A stretch of DNA of 64,000 nt from Geobacteraceae bacterium (GTDB lineage Bacteria > Desulfobacterota > Desulfuromonadia > Geobacterales > Geobacteraceae). Positions 38,385-47,714 of this stretch are shown here, in pieces (position 1 is the first letter of the stretch; every line of letters begins with the position of its first letter). The stretch covers positions 4,998 to 68,997 of the forward strand of contig DASRZQ010000043.1 of assembly GCA_035686205.1 (NCBI GenBank), in the 5' to 3' direction. The notes under the pieces were generated by a model, which saw nothing but the letters and a program-made list of their open reading frames with translations, made no database searches and was not told where the DNA came from. The position numbers were made by a program, and so were the translations under genes.

Positions 38385-38702
38385 ATGTCAATTCAGGGTT
38401 TAAATGGCGGAATGGGGGTTTTCGGCGTATCGCAGCCGATTACTTCTCCGGGGTTTAAGGAAGCGAAAACACCGTCGCCGTCGGAGGGTTTCACCAGGAT
38501 ACTCGGGGATATGGTGAACAATGTCAATGATCTTCAGCTCAAGGCGGACAAATCGATCCAGGACTTCGTAACGGGTGAAACGAAAGGCATCCACGAAGTA
38601 ATGATCGCCGTGGAAAAGTCGAGCATATCGTTCCAGTTTCTGAACCAGGTGAGGAACAAGGCGGTAGAGGCATATCAGGAAGTCATGAGGATGCAGGTAT
38701 AA
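38385..38702 (+). CDS. fliE: flagellar hook-basal body complex protein FliE
   Basis: About 105 aa. C-terminal HEVMIAVEKSSISFQFLNQVRNKAVEAYQEVMRMQV. GGAGG lies upstream of ATG 38385. Confidence 0.88.
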   Translation: MSIQGLNGGMGVFGVSQPITSPGFKEAKTPSPSEGFTRILGDMVNNVNDLQLKADKSIQDFVTGETKGIHEVMIAVEKSSISFQFLNQVRNKAVEAYQEVMRMQV

Positions 38703-38764
38703 AACGGCGGCATTCAGCCGTCAGCTGTTTGAAAAGAATTTATCAGCCTTGAAACGGAGTAAAA

Positions 38765-40342
38765 ATGCCTGAAAGTCTGAAAAAAATCCTGCATCCGGTT
38801 ATATCTCTACCCCCCGCCAAGCGCTGGGCGGTAGCGGGGGTGGCGGCGCTCTCGATTCTATTCTTCTCCATTCTGATTATAGTGGCCAACAAGACCGATT
38901 ACAGACCTCTTTTCACAAACCTGTCCGGTGAAGACGCCGGAGAAATCCTGAAAAAGCTGAAGGAACAGAAGATTCCGCATCAGATCGGCGCGGATGGCAA
39001 ATCAATCATGGTTCCGTCCGACAAGGTTTACGAGCTGCGCCTTTCCCTGGCTTCCGACGGGCTCCCGCAGGGGGGCGGAGTCGGGTTCGAGATATTCGAC
39101 AGGAAGAACTTCGGCATGACGGAATTCGTCCAGAAGCTCAATTATCAAAGGGCCTTGCAGGGAGAGCTTTCCCGGACCATTTCCCAGCTGTCCGGGGTGG
39201 AGCAGGCCCGTGTACATCTGGTCATACCGGAAAAATCCATTTTTAAGGAAAGCGAAAAGCCTCCGACCGCTTCGGTAGTTCTGAAGATGAAATCCGACCG
39301 ATCTTTGCGCGACAGCGAGATCCAGGGAATTATTCACCTGGTGGCATCCGCCGTCGAAGGCATGGATCCGGACAATGTTTCGGTCCTCGACAGCCGGGGA
39401 AAGCTTATGAGCAAAAACTCCACCACGGATGCGGGGAACAAGCTGACTTCTTCCATGCTTGAAACGCAGCGCTCTTACGAAAAGAATCTGGAGGACCGCC
39501 TTCAGTCCCTTCTCGACAAGGCGGTGGGGACGGGCAAATCGGTCGCCAGGGTAAATGCGACGTTCGATTTCAAGCAGGTGGAAAGATATGAAGAGAAATA
39601 CGATCCGGAATCTCCGGTGGTGCGCAGTGAAGAGCACATGGAAGAAAAGAGCGGCGCCAGCGGCGGCACGGCTTCGGGGGTTCCCGGCGTTCAGAGCAAC
39701 CTGGGTAAAACCCCTCCGACAAATTCGAGCAATTCCGCATCGGGATCGAAAAGCGATGAAACCATGAATTACGAGATAAGCCGGTCGACGGCGCGTACAT
39801 TAGAGCCCGTGGGAACGCTGTCAAAAGTCTCCGTGGCGGTCATGGTCGATGGAAAATATGATGCGACCGGCAAGGGCTCTTCCTCAAAGGCAAAGTATAT
39901 CCCGCGAAGCAGTGACGAACTGCAGAAGATTGATTCGCTGGTGAAAAGCGCCGTCGGGTACAACGCTGAAAGGGGAGACCAGGTGACAATCGCCAACATT
40001 CCATTTCAGGAATCACAGCAGGATGAAGCCGATTCGGCAAGTGCATGGTGGAATGCCCCGATTTTTCTGTCCATATTGAAAAACATGCTGATCGGATGCA
40101 GTTTCATCGCCCTTCTGTTCCTGGTAATCCGTCCGCTGTTGAAAATTCTAAAAACGGACCAGAAACCGGCATACGAGTCATTTTCGATGGTTGACGACGG
40201 TGAGGAAAAACAGCTGGCGTCCGGGAAGAAGGCTCAGTTGACGATGCAGTCGGTCAATCAGATGGAACTGGTGGAACAGATAAAAAAAGATCCTTACCAG
40301 ACAGCGCAGATTTTATCGAACTGGTTGAAGCAGAGAGAGTAA
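38765..40342 (+). CDS. fliF: flagellar M-ring protein FliF
   Basis: 525 aa. N- and C-terminal TM segments. YscJ/FliF motif LNYQRALQGELSRTISQLSGVEQARVHLVIPE. Confidence 0.95.
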   Translation: MPESLKKILHPVISLPPAKRWAVAGVAALSILFFSILIIVANKTDYRPLFTNLSGEDAGEILKKLKEQKIPHQIGADGKSIMVPSDKVYELRLSLASDGLPQGGGVGFEIFDRKNFGMTEFVQKLNYQRALQGELSRTISQLSGVEQARVHLVIPEKSIFKESEKPPTASVVLKMKSDRSLRDSEIQGIIHLVASAVEGMDPDNVSVLDSRGKLMSKNSTTDAGNKLTSSMLETQRSYEKNLEDRLQSLLDKAVGTGKSVARVNATFDFKQVERYEEKYDPESPVVRSEEHMEEKSGASGGTASGVPGVQSNLGKTPPTNSSNSASGSKSDETMNYEISRSTARTLEPVGTLSKVSVAVMVDGKYDATGKGSSSKAKYIPRSSDELQKIDSLVKSAVGYNAERGDQVTIANIPFQESQQDEADSASAWWNAPIFLSILKNMLIGCSFIALLFLVIRPLLKILKTDQKPAYESFSMVDDGEEKQLASGKKAQLTMQSVNQMELVEQIKKDPYQTAQILSNWLKQRE

Positions 40343-40469
40343 TACCAAGTTGCAATCAAACAATTTCAAAACTTGTCATGTCGAACGAAGAGAGACATCT
40401 TTGATGAACTCTGTTCAAGATTTCTCGCTGGAGCTCGAAATGACAATGAATTGAACGCAACTTGGTATT
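40341..40469. repeat. nested inverted-repeat (long hairpin, MITE-like) element, copy A
   Basis: Terminal inverted repeats AATACCAAGTTGCAATCAA / TTGAACGCAACTTGGTATT. Inner arms GTCATGTCGAACGAAGAGAGACATC / GATTTCTCGCTGGAGCTCGAAATGAC. Near-identical copy at 58041-58167. Confidence 0.85.
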
Positions 40470-40507
40470 AAAAGTACTAAACATCAATTCTCCAAGAGGA
40501 AGATAAG

Positions 40508-41515
40508 GTGACCGGGACAAATTTGATCGGAGCCGACAAGGCCGCGATACTCCTTTTATATCTGGGCCCCGACACGACCAGCGCGGTTTTCGAGCACATG
40601 GAAGACCACGAGATCAAAAGGATCAGCCAGAGCATGGCTCGCCTGGGGCATGTGACACGCCCCGTGATCCAGCAGGTGGTAACCGAGTTCGCGGATATCA
40701 CGAACCCCGAGAGTGGCTTCTTTTCACAGGGCGAGGAATTTGTCAGGAAAATACTGGAGCAGGCGCTCGGGCCACAGAAGGCGGAAATGCTCCTGAGGGA
40801 GCTTAATACGACAAATTACAACGACATGGTCGATGTCCTTTCGGATATGGACGCCAAGACCGTGGCCAATTTCCTGTCCCAGGAGCACCCGCAGACCATC
40901 GCCGTGATTCTCGCCAAGCTGAAGCCGAAACAGACCAGCGAGATTGTCGGATTCCTTCCCCAGGAACTGCAGGCGGAGGTCGTCATGCGCATCGCCGACG
41001 TTGACCAGGTGTCGCCGGAAATACTCAGTGAAATCGACGACGTGATACGGAGAGAACTGACGGCCATCGGGGGCATCCAGAGGTTCAAGGTCGGCGGTGT
41101 CGAAAAAGTCGTCGACATGTTCAATCATTTCGACCGCAGCCGCGAGAAACAGATACTCGACAAGCTGGATGTGCTCAAACCGCCCCTTGCCGAGGTCATC
41201 AGAAAGCACCTGTTTACTTTCGAGGATTTCGTTCAGCTGGACGACAGGGGCATACAGGCCATCATGCGCGAAGTCAGCAACGATACCCTTACCCTGGCGC
41301 TGAAAGCGGCAACCGATGAACTGAAAGACAAGATATTCCGCAATATTTCCAGCCGCGCCGCGGAAGTGATAAAGGAAGACCTGGAAGTCATGGGGCCGGT
41401 GCGGCTTTCCGACGTGGAAAAAGCCCAGTCCGAGATTATCAAGATCGTCAGGAAGATGGAAGAAGAAGGGAAAATATTTATTGCCGGCCGGGGTGGCGAA
41501 GATGTCCTCGTCTAG
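40508..41515 (+). CDS. fliG: flagellar motor switch protein FliG
   Basis: 335 aa with GTG start after AGAGGAAG. GADKAAILLLYLG..., HLFTFEDF, and the C-terminal charged torque-helix region. Confidence 0.95.
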   Translation: MTGTNLIGADKAAILLLYLGPDTTSAVFEHMEDHEIKRISQSMARLGHVTRPVIQQVVTEFADITNPESGFFSQGEEFVRKILEQALGPQKAEMLLRELNTTNYNDMVDVLSDMDAKTVANFLSQEHPQTIAVILAKLKPKQTSEIVGFLPQELQAEVVMRIADVDQVSPEILSEIDDVIRRELTAIGGIQRFKVGGVEKVVDMFNHFDRSREKQILDKLDVLKPPLAEVIRKHLFTFEDFVQLDDRGIQAIMREVSNDTLTLALKAATDELKDKIFRNISSRAAEVIKEDLEVMGPVRLSDVEKAQSEIIKIVRKMEEEGKIFIAGRGGEDVLV

Positions 41516-42323
41516 GATCATCAAATCATCGTGCATGAATGGTTATTCCGTCAGGGATTTTCGTTTCGAAACGATTGGCGGCCGGTTCGCCGCGAATGCG
41601 GATCTTCCCTGTGAGAACGGCTTTGTGCCCTTTGCCGGACTGGACGGTTCGGCAAAAAACCCTTTCGAAGGGATTCCCGATAGCGAGGTATATGCGGACG
41701 ATCCCGTTTCGGAAGAAGCTGAACTGGTTGTGGAGGAACTGCGGCCGTGCATTACCGAAGGCGAGCTTAACTCCAGGCTGGAGGAAGAATACGAAAGGGG
41801 TTTTGAGGAAGGCCAGCGCCAGGCCGAGCGGGGACTGTCAAATGTCTTCAAGTCCCTAAGGGAAGCGATAGAGGAAATATACTCGCTGCGAGAGCAGATC
41901 TTCCGCCACAGCGAGGAGGACCTGCTGAAGCTTTCGATCCTGGTTGCAAGGAAAATCATTCAGCAGGAAGTAAGCCAGGACAGGCGCATATTGGCGAATG
42001 TCCTGACGGCTGCGCTCGAAAATGCCGCGGAGCGCGACGAAGTGATCATCCGCATCAACCCCGAGGACCTGAAGCTGGTGAATTCGCAGAAACAGATCAG
42101 CCTTTCCGGCATTTCCGAGGACAAGCTCCTCAATCTGAAGCCTGACGATACCGTCACGTCCGGTGGATGCATTGTCGAAACGCAACTGGGGGAAATAGAC
42201 GCCAGGCTGGAGAGGCAGCTGGATGAAATTTTCAAGAGCCTGACGGAAGAGCGCGGCGAGCTGATTAATTCCGCGCCGGGTACGGCGAACAGCAGGGAAA
42301 CGCATGCATACCAGGAGAGTTGA
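41502..42323 (+). CDS. fliH: flagellar assembly protein FliH
   Basis: E-rich coiled coil (EEEYERGFEEGQRQAERG) and FliH/YscL-type C-terminus (GGCIVETQLGEIDARLERQLDEI). Sits between fliG and fliI. Confidence 0.85.
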   Translation: MSSSRIIKSSCMNGYSVRDFRFETIGGRFAANADLPCENGFVPFAGLDGSAKNPFEGIPDSEVYADDPVSEEAELVVEELRPCITEGELNSRLEEEYERGFEEGQRQAERGLSNVFKSLREAIEEIYSLREQIFRHSEEDLLKLSILVARKIIQQEVSQDRRILANVLTAALENAAERDEVIIRINPEDLKLVNSQKQISLSGISEDKLLNLKPDDTVTSGGCIVETQLGEIDARLERQLDEIFKSLTEERGELINSAPGTANSRETHAYQES

Positions 42324-43620
42324 CCTCAACAAGTATATAAATGCCATCGAGGATATCAGGCCCATAAGGTTTAACGGGAAGGTCACCCAGGTGGTGGGGC
42401 TCGTGATAGAGGGATATTGTCCGGATGCCGCCGTTGGAAGCATCTGCAAGATATTTCCGCAGGGGGGAGAGCCGATTCTGGCGGAAGTAGTGGGTTTCCG
42501 TGACAACAAGACGCTTCTCATGCCGCTGGGGGAACTGCGCGGTGTCGGGCTGGGCAGCCTGATATCCCTGAAGCGTGAAAAAGCCTCGATGGGTGTGGGC
42601 CCGGCGTTGCTCGGCCGCGTTATTGACGGTCTCGGCGTTCCGATAGACGACATGGGCCCGGTCGCCGTGCGGGAAGAATACCCGATTTACGCTCAGCCGG
42701 TGAACCCGATGAAGCGCGTTCCCATCAAAAAGCCGCTGGACCTGGGCATCCGGGCAATCAACGGTCTTTTGACCTGCGGAGAGGGCCAGAGGGTCGGAAT
42801 AATGGCCGGATCAGGTGTGGGGAAATCGACACTGCTGGGCATGATAGCAAGGTATACCGAAGCGGAAGTCAATGTCATCGCTCTGATCGGCGAACGGGGC
42901 AGGGAACTCAGGGATTTCATCGAGAAGGACCTGCAGGCCGAGGGTCTGAAAAAATCGGTCGTCGTGGTAGCGACATCGGACCAGCCGCCGCTGGTGCGGA
43001 TGAGGGGCGCCTATCTGGCCACGACTATTGCCGAGTATTTCCAGTCCCAGGGGAAAAAGGTCCTGCTCATGATGGACTCCGCCACCCGCTTTGCCATGGC
43101 GATGAGGGAAGTCGGGCTGGCCATCGGCGAGCCCCCCACCACCAAGGGGTACACGCCTTCGGTGTTCGCGGCGCTGCCGAGGCTGCTTGAAAGAACCGGC
43201 AATTTTCAGACAGGAAGCATTACCGGCCTGTACACGGTCCTTGTGGAAGGTGACGATTTCAACGAACCCATTACCGACGCCATGCGCAGCATCCTTGACG
43301 GCCATATACTTCTGTCGAGGGAACTGGCCGCGAGAAACCATTATCCGCCCATAGACGTACTTTCCAGCGCCAGCAGGGTCATGTCCGATGTGACCGATAA
43401 GGGCCAGCAGGTGCTTTCGGGCAAATTCAAGGAACTCATGGCGACTTACAGGCAGGCCGAAGACCTGATAAATATCGGGGCGTACAAACCGGGCAGCAAC
43501 CCGAAGATAGACCAGGCCCTCGCGAAAATCGACCAGATGAATTCATTCCTGAAACAGGACGTCAGGGAGAAGGTCGGCATGGACGGAGCGGTCGAATCGC
43601 TGCGGAGCATAATGGAATAG
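42304..43620 (+). CDS. fliI: flagellum-specific ATPase FliI
   Basis: 438 aa. Walker A GSGVGKST, Walker B KVLLMMDS. F1/T3SS ATPase family. Confidence 0.96.
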   Translation: MHTRRVDLNKYINAIEDIRPIRFNGKVTQVVGLVIEGYCPDAAVGSICKIFPQGGEPILAEVVGFRDNKTLLMPLGELRGVGLGSLISLKREKASMGVGPALLGRVIDGLGVPIDDMGPVAVREEYPIYAQPVNPMKRVPIKKPLDLGIRAINGLLTCGEGQRVGIMAGSGVGKSTLLGMIARYTEAEVNVIALIGERGRELRDFIEKDLQAEGLKKSVVVVATSDQPPLVRMRGAYLATTIAEYFQSQGKKVLLMMDSATRFAMAMREVGLAIGEPPTTKGYTPSVFAALPRLLERTGNFQTGSITGLYTVLVEGDDFNEPITDAMRSILDGHILLSRELAARNHYPPIDVLSSASRVMSDVTDKGQQVLSGKFKELMATYRQAEDLINIGAYKPGSNPKIDQALAKIDQMNSFLKQDVREKVGMDGAVESLRSIME

Positions 43621-43698
43621 AACGGGTAACAGAGAAATGGTGAAGGGAGTGCGGTTTTATATACTGTCCCCGTTTCACCGGTTCCCAAAAAAGTCGGG

Positions 43699-44151
43699 GT
43701 GCGTATGCGCAAGAAAATATTTGGTCTCGAACAGGTCTTGAATTACCGGAAAGAGGTCGAAAAAGCCCGAAAGCTTGAATTTGCGGCGGCAAGGGACGAG
43801 TTTGAGCAGGCCCGTGACCGGCTTCGCCGTGAGGAGGAAAAAATCGACCTTTTGAACATGGAATTCATGGACCGGCAACTGGAAGGAATTTGTGCAATGG
43901 AGCTCCGGATGTACGCGGATTTTTTCCGTAAAAAGGAGTCGGACATCAGGATGCAGAGGCAAAATGTGACCAATCTTAACCTGGAAGTGAACGAGAAACG
44001 GGAAGTTCTGCTCGAAGCGGCGGTAGATAAAAAAGTGCTCGAAGAGTTGAAAACGAAAAAGATCAAGGCGCATGAACGGAATCTCGCCGACAGGGAAAGG
44101 GATTTCCTTGACGAATTGGCTCTGCGGAAAATGGGTCGGGGCCTGAAATGA
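43699..44151 (+). CDS. fliJ: flagellar export chaperone-like protein FliJ
   Basis: 150-aa coiled-coil protein (LEQVLNYRKEVEKARKLEFAAARDEF) directly after fliI. Confidence 0.8.
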   Translation: MRMRKKIFGLEQVLNYRKEVEKARKLEFAAARDEFEQARDRLRREEEKIDLLNMEFMDRQLEGICAMELRMYADFFRKKESDIRMQRQNVTNLNLEVNEKREVLLEAAVDKKVLEELKTKKIKAHERNLADRERDFLDELALRKMGRGLK

Positions 44152-44684
44152 AGTTATTTCATTCCGCTTTTTCAATTTCGTTGGCTATTTTATTGGTTGC
44201 GCTGCCGTTTCCCGGGCCGATGAACAGCGGAATTTCCTTCGGAAATCAGGATTCAGTCGTGTCATCCGCCGGCATGAGCCAAAAGTCCAACTCCAGAAAA
44301 CCGTCGGGGGCAGCATGGGGAGCGTCTGAAAGAGAGCGTCAGTTGGCCGAGCGGGAGGCGGCGCTAAACCTCAAGGAACAGGAACTGAACAGACTTTCCG
44401 CCAGGCTTGATGCGCGCATGAGAGATTTCGAAACCGCCAGAAAATCGATGGAAACGACACTTTCCACGAGGAAAAAAGCCGACGCCGAACGTTACAAGAA
44501 GATGCTGAAGCTCTACAAGGCGCTTCGTCCCGAAGAGGCCGCCGGGCTTATCGATAAGCTCGACGAAGATATTGCCATGGAACTGCTGAACCAGATGGAT
44601 ACGAAAACCGCGGCGAAACTGATACCCTTCCTTGACAGGAAAAGAGTGCTGAAGTGGACGCGGACTTCGCTTAAGGGCAATTAA
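44148..44684 (+). CDS. flagellar-operon protein with MgtE-N-like domain (MotE/FlbB type)
   Basis: 178 aa. N-terminal TM/signal segment, coiled coil, and C-terminal LRPEEAAGLIDKLDEDIAMELLNQMDTKTAAKLIPFL. Confidence 0.65.
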   Translation: MKLFHSAFSISLAILLVALPFPGPMNSGISFGNQDSVVSSAGMSQKSNSRKPSGAAWGASERERQLAEREAALNLKEQELNRLSARLDARMRDFETARKSMETTLSTRKKADAERYKKMLKLYKALRPEEAAGLIDKLDEDIAMELLNQMDTKTAAKLIPFLDRKRVLKWTRTSLKGN

Positions 44685-44768
44685 TTTTACAGGTTGTTGC
44701 TTTTGCAGGAGCGGTTTGCCCAGGTCTTTTGCAGGAGCGGCAAATGAAACGAAAGCGAAAGGAGGTGA

Positions 44769-46499
44769 ATGAAAATGGCTGTATCAATGAACATTGCCTT
44801 GCCCGTGGCCGCGAATACGGATGAACCTGTCGGGAGCCCGATGAACTCCCAATCCGGTGCGAGGCAAAACGGTTTGTTCGGGTCGATTTTCGCGGGGCTT
44901 TCGGATTCGGACAAACAGCAGAAAACCGCATCCGCGGGTGAAAATGAGGCAGGAAAAGCGGATGCGAAAGACGGCGGATATTTAAATGAAGCCGGTGGAG
45001 AAAACATTGGAGCGCTCATGCGGCAGTTGGACATGGGACTTCAGTCTGAAGAGAAAATCAAACCGCTGGAAGTCGGATCGAATGAAGCAGGATACAGTGG
45101 AAAAGAACAGCTCACCCCGCAGGTATCCGACCGGATGAATGTTGTCATGCTCAACAAGGCAGTGAATATGTTCGGCCGGGCAGTTACTGATGTTTCAAGT
45201 GATGGGAAAGAAGAGTCTTCCGTATTGCAACAGGAAGATATGGGTCTTGTCGCTAACGAACTGAAGCAGGCTGTCGGTGAAATGTCCGGGGAGGGAAAAT
45301 CCGTTCCGCCGAAAGAGGGAAAACAGGGAAAGACAGCGGAATCCCTGAATAGGAAGTCTGAAAACCCCGATGAATTGGCCAGTCTCATGTATGTGGCCGG
45401 AAACCCGCCAGCAGGAATCGGAAAGCCGGATCAGGGGATGCCTGACATTCCCGGTAATATCGGAAGCGGACCGGAAGAAAACGGGAAAGTCAGTCAAATC
45501 CTGTCATACATGCAGTCTCCAGTCGGGCAGGGCAAAGATCCGGCGGGTCAAAAACAGGCGGACGGCGTACCGGAAACCGCCGAAAGGCAGGACATTAATC
45601 GTCTTTCCAATTTCCAGATCGGGAAAGCTTCGGCTTTGTCGGAAAGGAATGAGCTGTTTGCTCCATCTGATAAGAAAACCGGCGCGGAAAATCCGACTGA
45701 CGTCACGAAAATGAATGACGTAAAGCTTTTCGCCGCCAGAACACCGGAAAACGCCAAGGTCGGCGATCGTCCTCTGTCACTTGCGACGCCGGTTGAAACA
45801 AAGGATTCCAGACCGGCGGCAAATTCCGAAGGAACGGCCGCGGCGGGGAATAAACCGTTATCCGCCGATGTTGAAGCGGTATTCCATGATTCGTCCCCGT
45901 CCGGTGGATTTGCAAAAGAAAACGGGGATGGGCTCCGCAATCAGAACGATAGCGGCAAAACAAACACGACGCCTGCAGACGTGAACATGGGGATACGTTC
46001 CTTTGATGTAACGGTGCAGTCCCATGATCAGTCCCAGAATACCGTTTCCGAAATTTCCAGGCCGGTCTCCCATGAACAGATCTTGGAACAGGTCCGGGAA
46101 AAACTCGCCGCTGTTTCAACAAATGGCGATGTCAGCAGGATCACGCTGAAACTGCATCCGGAGGACCTGGGTGAAATCAGGGTCAGCATGAAAATGGAGA
46201 ATCAGAGCCTCAAGGTGGATATCGTAGCGGAAAACCGGGACGTAAGGGATGCGCTGATGCATAACATGGACAGTCTCAAGGAGACCCTGTCCAGGCAGAA
46301 CATTTCCATGGAACGGTTCAGTGTTCTTACCGGCGGAGGTTACGGAAGCGGAGAAAACTACCGCGAATGGAAACAAACGGCGCAGAATGCCGTTCCCAAT
46401 TCCATGAAGCAGAATTACGGAATTATTGAAGAAACAACCGGGAAAGACGCCGGTTATCTGGATTCGTCTGACAATTCACTTATTGACGTAAGATTTTGA
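44769..46499 (+). CDS. fliK: flagellar hook-length control protein FliK
   Basis: 576 aa. Low-complexity N-terminus. C-terminal Flg_hook-type domain ITLKLHPEDLGEIRVSMKMENQSLKVDIVAENRDVRDAL. Confidence 0.88.
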   Translation: MKMAVSMNIALPVAANTDEPVGSPMNSQSGARQNGLFGSIFAGLSDSDKQQKTASAGENEAGKADAKDGGYLNEAGGENIGALMRQLDMGLQSEEKIKPLEVGSNEAGYSGKEQLTPQVSDRMNVVMLNKAVNMFGRAVTDVSSDGKEESSVLQQEDMGLVANELKQAVGEMSGEGKSVPPKEGKQGKTAESLNRKSENPDELASLMYVAGNPPAGIGKPDQGMPDIPGNIGSGPEENGKVSQILSYMQSPVGQGKDPAGQKQADGVPETAERQDINRLSNFQIGKASALSERNELFAPSDKKTGAENPTDVTKMNDVKLFAARTPENAKVGDRPLSLATPVETKDSRPAANSEGTAAAGNKPLSADVEAVFHDSSPSGGFAKENGDGLRNQNDSGKTNTTPADVNMGIRSFDVTVQSHDQSQNTVSEISRPVSHEQILEQVREKLAAVSTNGDVSRITLKLHPEDLGEIRVSMKMENQSLKVDIVAENRDVRDALMHNMDSLKETLSRQNISMERFSVLTGGGYGSGENYREWKQTAQNAVPNSMKQNYGIIEETTGKDAGYLDSSDNSLIDVRF

Positions 46500-46521
46500 G
46501 AAGACAGGGAGGTGATTAGGC

Positions 46522-47184
46522 ATGATAAGCGCGGTAACCACAAACGACACGACAACCGCCGCACAGTCCATGAAACAGGACATCGGAATGGACTCGGAAG
46601 ATTTCCTGAAGTTGTTTATTGCCCAGCTGCAGAACCAGGACCCGCTGAATCCGATGGACGGGACCCAGTTCATAACCCAACTGGCGCAGATGTCGCAGGT
46701 TGAACAGGCATACAACACCAATACGAACCTGCAGAATATTTTAAGCGCAATAAACGGCAACGCAAACTATTCCGCGGTATCCTTCATCGGGAAAGAAGTC
46801 CTCGCTCCCGGATCACAGGTTAACCTGACAAATGGCGGCCAGCCCGCTCTCAATTACAGTCTGCCCCAGTCTGCAGCTTCGACAGAGATAGACATATCGG
46901 ATACAAACGGAAATATTGTCAGGACCATAACTGGCGCGGGAGGTTCGGCTGGCGACTACAGCGTCGCATGGGACGGGAAGGACAACAGCGGCAACGTCCT
47001 CCCGGCAGGCACTTATAACTTCAGCGTAAACGGCATGGATTCAAGTGGAAACAGGTTTACGGCCACGTCTTTGATCCAGGGCGTCGTAACCGGAGTGAAA
47101 CTCGACGGCACATCGCCCGTACTCACGGTCGGCGGCGCTGATGTCGCCCTTTCCAGCATTCTCGGCGTAGAAGGGGTGAACTGA
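46522..47184 (+). CDS. flgD: flagellar hook assembly (capping) protein FlgD
   Basis: FLKLFIAQLQNQDPLNPMDGTQFITQLAQMSQVEQ, and a FlgD Ig-like C-terminus (YSVAWDGKDNSGNVLPAGTYNF). Confidence 0.93.
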   Translation: MISAVTTNDTTTAAQSMKQDIGMDSEDFLKLFIAQLQNQDPLNPMDGTQFITQLAQMSQVEQAYNTNTNLQNILSAINGNANYSAVSFIGKEVLAPGSQVNLTNGGQPALNYSLPQSAASTEIDISDTNGNIVRTITGAGGSAGDYSVAWDGKDNSGNVLPAGTYNFSVNGMDSSGNRFTATSLIQGVVTGVKLDGTSPVLTVGGADVALSSILGVEGVN

Positions 47185-47185
47185 T

Positions 47186-47572
47186 ATGATTGATCAAATC
47201 TATTTCCCGAATCACGTCCAGGCGCCGGGCTCGCGGACGCAGCCAAAACCGGAGACAGCCGGTGCCGGCAAGGTCCAAACGTCGTTCGAGCAGGTGCTGG
47301 CTAATAAACTTCCGTCACAGGGTATAAAATTTTCCCAGCATGCCCGGGAAAGGCTTCAGACGAGAGGAATTACCCTGAGCGATAATGACCTGAAGAAACT
47401 GCAAAACGCCGTAGACAGCGTTGCGAATAAAGGAGGCAGGGAGTCGCTCGTCATGATGGGCAATAACGCCTTCGTCGTCAGCACGAAAAACCGGACGGTC
47501 ATAACCGCCATGGACAGGGACAGCATGCAGGGCAATGTATTCACAAACATAGATTCTGCCGTTCTTCTATGA
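47186..47572 (+). CDS. small conserved flagellar-operon protein (flgD-flgE intervening type)
   Basis: 128 aa. FSQHARERLQTRGITLSDNDLKKLQNAV...VVSTKNRTVITAM resembles the family I recall as TIGR02530 (memory only). Position between flgD and flgE. Confidence 0.6.
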   Translation: MIDQIYFPNHVQAPGSRTQPKPETAGAGKVQTSFEQVLANKLPSQGIKFSQHARERLQTRGITLSDNDLKKLQNAVDSVANKGGRESLVMMGNNAFVVSTKNRTVITAMDRDSMQGNVFTNIDSAVLL

Positions 47573-47714
47573 TAGTCAGTAACCAATATATTTGTAACTT
47601 GAAACTTTCAGCTTTAAACATTTAAACAAATAAACGGCTGGTCCTCACCGAGGAAGCCGATGGGGTGCCGACCGACCGAGGCATCCCGGAACATACGACA
47701 AAGGAGACAATACA

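Noticed and set aside
47573-47714. Searched the flgE leader for sigma54 or sigma28 promoters and for a structured leader (CCGAGG direct repeat, GCCGATGG)
   Set aside because: No GG-N10-GC arrangement is present, and GCCGATGG has no TAAA at the correct -35 spacing. flgE is probably read through from the flgB promoter.
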